Assembly (NCBI GenBank): GCA_963726175.1 | Contig: CAVSBM010000010.1 | Location: 17,125-81,124, forward strand | DNA: 64,000 nt | Source: an uncultured Chloroflexia bacterium | GTDB taxonomy: Bacteria > Chloroflexota > Dehalococcoidia > GIF9 > AB-539-J10 | Reading direction: 5' to 3' | Part shown: positions 61,602 to 64,000 of the stretch, piece after piece | Layout of the letters: each line of letters opens with the position of its first letter | How positions within the stretch are numbered: the first letter of the stretch is position 1 | Notes under the pieces: generated by a model | The model's input: the letters and a program-made list of their open reading frames with translations, nothing else | Told to the model about the DNA's origin: nothing | Database searches by the model: none | Position numbers and translations under genes: made by a program

Positions 61602-61751
61602 CTGTCATGGCGAGCGAAGCGTGGCAATCTCATTGTCCTCAATCGAAATTGCTTCGGCACACCCGTGCCTCGCAATACAGAAGGGCAAGACGAACTGACA
61701 TCGTCTACCTTTTCCGAGCATTAGCGACGATCTTGCTCCTCGCAATGACAG
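61602..61751. repeat. Three copies of a short CTCGCAAT(G/A)ACAG-type element, one inverted
   Basis: CTGTCATGGCGAG (61602-61614, inverted, 1 mismatch), CTCGCAATACAG (61669-61680) and CTCGCAATGACAG (61739-61751). They sit in a non-coding gap upstream of aroK. The palindrome CTGCGCC-TA-GGCGCAG at 61835-61850 follows. Confidence 0.5.
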
Positions 61752-62308
61752 GAAGGAAATGTCACTAAGGTGTTGAACAGGTCCACCTTGTTGACAAATA
61801 TCAACAGGCAGGTTCTCGTACAAATTTACCCTAGCTGCGCCTAGGCGCAGGGTGGCCTTTTTCTCGAGAAAGAGCGAGGTTTGCTTTTGCAAGGCTGCTA
61901 TTGTGGATTCCTGTCACAGCCGTGGTTGGGATCTCTTCCTGGCTTGCTGGCTTTCCTCTACATGCCGATGAAACTGTCCAAAGATCTCGATAGAACGCGT
62001 TTTGGAACTGCTTACCAGGATTTGAGCGTTGTTAGGGTACTGTTAAAGATAAAAGCATAGACCCATCGAAGGGGTTGATGCCTATCGGAGGAGAATTTGG
62101 AGAACTGAGCTTTCGGCGAATTCGACAAGGGTGCCAAAGGACAGAAGACAAGTTTACAGTCTGAATTTTAGCAGCGACAAATAACGTAAGTAGAATGACA
62201 GAAAGGAGGGCGACTTAACAGCGAAATAGCAGTGAGTAGATCCAAACAACAACTAATGGGTGTGGTGTGGATGAAGGAAGTGAAGAAATTAAAGTAAAGG
62301 AGGTTAGA

Positions 62309-64000
62309 ATGAGTAAAAGACTTTCAAAAATGGGCTGGATACTCCTGGCTGCTTTGTTATGCCTTGCTCTTGTCGCATTGCCGGCCTGTACTGCTGCTCC
62401 GACCGGAGAGGAAGAGGAGGAGCAGGCGGGGGTACCATACAAGAACCCTGGTATATTCGTCGAGCAGACAATAGGCGACGTCGACTCGTTCGACCCCGCC
62501 TGGGCCTACGACACCGCCAGTGGCGAACAGTTCACGTACATCTATGAGACCCTCATGGCCTATGACGGCGGAAGCACCAGCAAGTATGTGCCCGTTCTGT
62601 GCCGGCCAGCCTACCATCAGCGGCAGCGGATATCACTTACCATATCCGTCCGGGCATCAAATTCTCAAATGGCGACGCCATGACCGTTGAAGATGTACAA
62701 TACTCCTTCGAGCGGGAGTTGGTAGACCGACCCGTCCGATGGTGGCGGGCCTATCTGGATGTTCTATTTCCCGCTGCTAGATGCCTAGCAACAGTGACAG
62801 AGGCTACTGCCGAGCAAATCCACGGTGCGGTAGCGATTGTTAACGGCGATTCCATCCAGTTTAACTTCGTTCGCCCGTATCCAGCTAGACCTTCATGCAG
62901 ATCCTGTGCGGCTCTTGGGGCTCAATCCTCGACAAGCAATGGTGCATAGCTCAGGGCGACTGGGACGGCACCGGAGCGACCTGGAAGGATGGAACAACCC
63001 CACCATGAAGAACTGAAACTCCACGACCTGGCCATGGGTACCGGGCCCTGGACGCTGGCGGCTCTGGGACTGGCAGGTGGTGAGATCAAACTCGTGAAAA
63101 ACCAGAACTACTGGACAGGGGGCTGCGGCCTGCCTTTCAATAGCGTCGTCACCAAGATTGTCGAGGAATGGGCTAGCCGAAAGACTGGCGATTTTGGCCG
63201 GCGATGCCGACATGGTCTATTGTCCGCGGACGAACATACATCGACCGTTGACGGTAATACGGACCTCCAGGCTATCAAGGACCTGCCTGATCTTACGATT
63301 GACGCCTTCTTCTTCAACTTCAACATCAACGCCGACCAGCGCCTATATCGGCAGTGGCGAGCTTGACGGCAGCTGGCATCCCAACCGACTTCTTCACTGA
63401 CATAGACGTGCGCAAGGGCTTTTACCATTCCTTCGACTGGGATACCTATATTACGCAGTCTTGCAGGGCGAGGCTATACAGCGGGGCTCACCAATCGTTA
63501 AGGGACTCCCGTACTTCAATCCCAATGCCCCGATGTACAGCTATGAAAGGACAAGGCTACGGAAAACTTCAAAGCGGCCTGGGGTGGCCAGGTCTGGGAC
63601 AAGGGGTTCACGTTCACTCTGATCTACAACAGCGGCAATCTGGTGCGTAAGACGGCCTGCGAGATCCTGGCCAAGAAGCTCGTCGAAAATCAACAGCAAG
63701 TTTCGCGTCACATCCAGCCGTTGCCCTGGTCGGGTACTTGGCAAGGATGAGATCCAGAAACTTGGGCTATGTTCCGGATAGGCTGGCTGCCCGACTATCC
63801 TGACCCCGACAACTTCGTCTTTCCTTCCATGTCCCATTACCGGTACTTTCGCCGGATACTCGGGCTACTACAGTAATGCCCACGTTGACGACTTGATCTG
63901 GAGGGCGCAACCTACCTCCGACACCACTCAGCGGCAGGCAATCTACTATGAGCTTCAGCAGATCTACTACAATGATCCTTCGTGGCATCATGCTGGACCA
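62309..64000 (+). pseudogene. ABC transporter substrate-binding lipoprotein, family 5 (peptide/nickel type), many frame breaks; continues past the right edge
   Basis: AAAGGAGG SD. Signal peptide with lipobox (LVALPAC). DSFDPAWAYDTASGEQ...YETL, then ITYHIRPGIKFSNGDAMTVEDVQYSFER and later family-5-like segments in other frames (62599-, 62989-, 63354-). Confidence 0.7.

Overview
This is a 64-kb, mostly housekeeping chromosomal segment. Gene content and style (cytoplasmic multi-PAS kinase, small zinc-ribbon ORF, extended -10 promoters) suggest a Chloroflexota/Dehalococcoidia-like bacterium, but that is inference only.

Recognisable genes, left to right:
- a clpC-like 5' end, rsmD, coaD, a ferredoxin
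- an uncharacterised cassette of two tandem radical-SAM paralogues plus two SAM methyltransferases, with a recombination scar
- proC, leuS, a 47-aa zinc-ribbon ORF, gltX, uvrB
- a signalling block: HTH protein, a roughly 1400-aa multi-PAS/GAF histidine kinase, a REC-HD-GYP regulator and a P-loop kinase
- pepA, an MBL hydrolase, acyP, a PflX-like radical-SAM enzyme, rnc, an amidase, pcrA, mutL
- a 14-kb alpha-glucan/glycolysis supercluster: GH57, glgP, glgC, glgA, glgB, pyk, a LacD-type aldolase, glk, malQ
- dnaN, a GC-rich beta-propeller repeat cassette, an OmpR-type two-component pair
- pepP, efp, a PHP protein, an LRR protein, clpP, tig, aspS, aroB, aroK and a family-5 ABC substrate-binding lipoprotein that runs off the right edge

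I could not recognise any rRNA, tRNA, CRISPR array, transposase or integrase.

Most noteworthy:
1. Two recombination scars where an intact core gene (proC, dnaN) is followed by accessory DNA and then a diverged copy of the same gene's 3' end.
2. The orphan rSAM-rSAM-MT cassette.
3. A consensus promoter, a roughly 165-nt leader and a terminator/antiterminator structure upstream of pepP-efp.
4. A roughly 510-nt structured region with an intrinsic terminator upstream of leuS.
5. An unusually high density of frame disruptions, including in essential genes. The ones I resolved by hand sit in short homopolymers, so assembly indels are at least as likely as real pseudogenisation.
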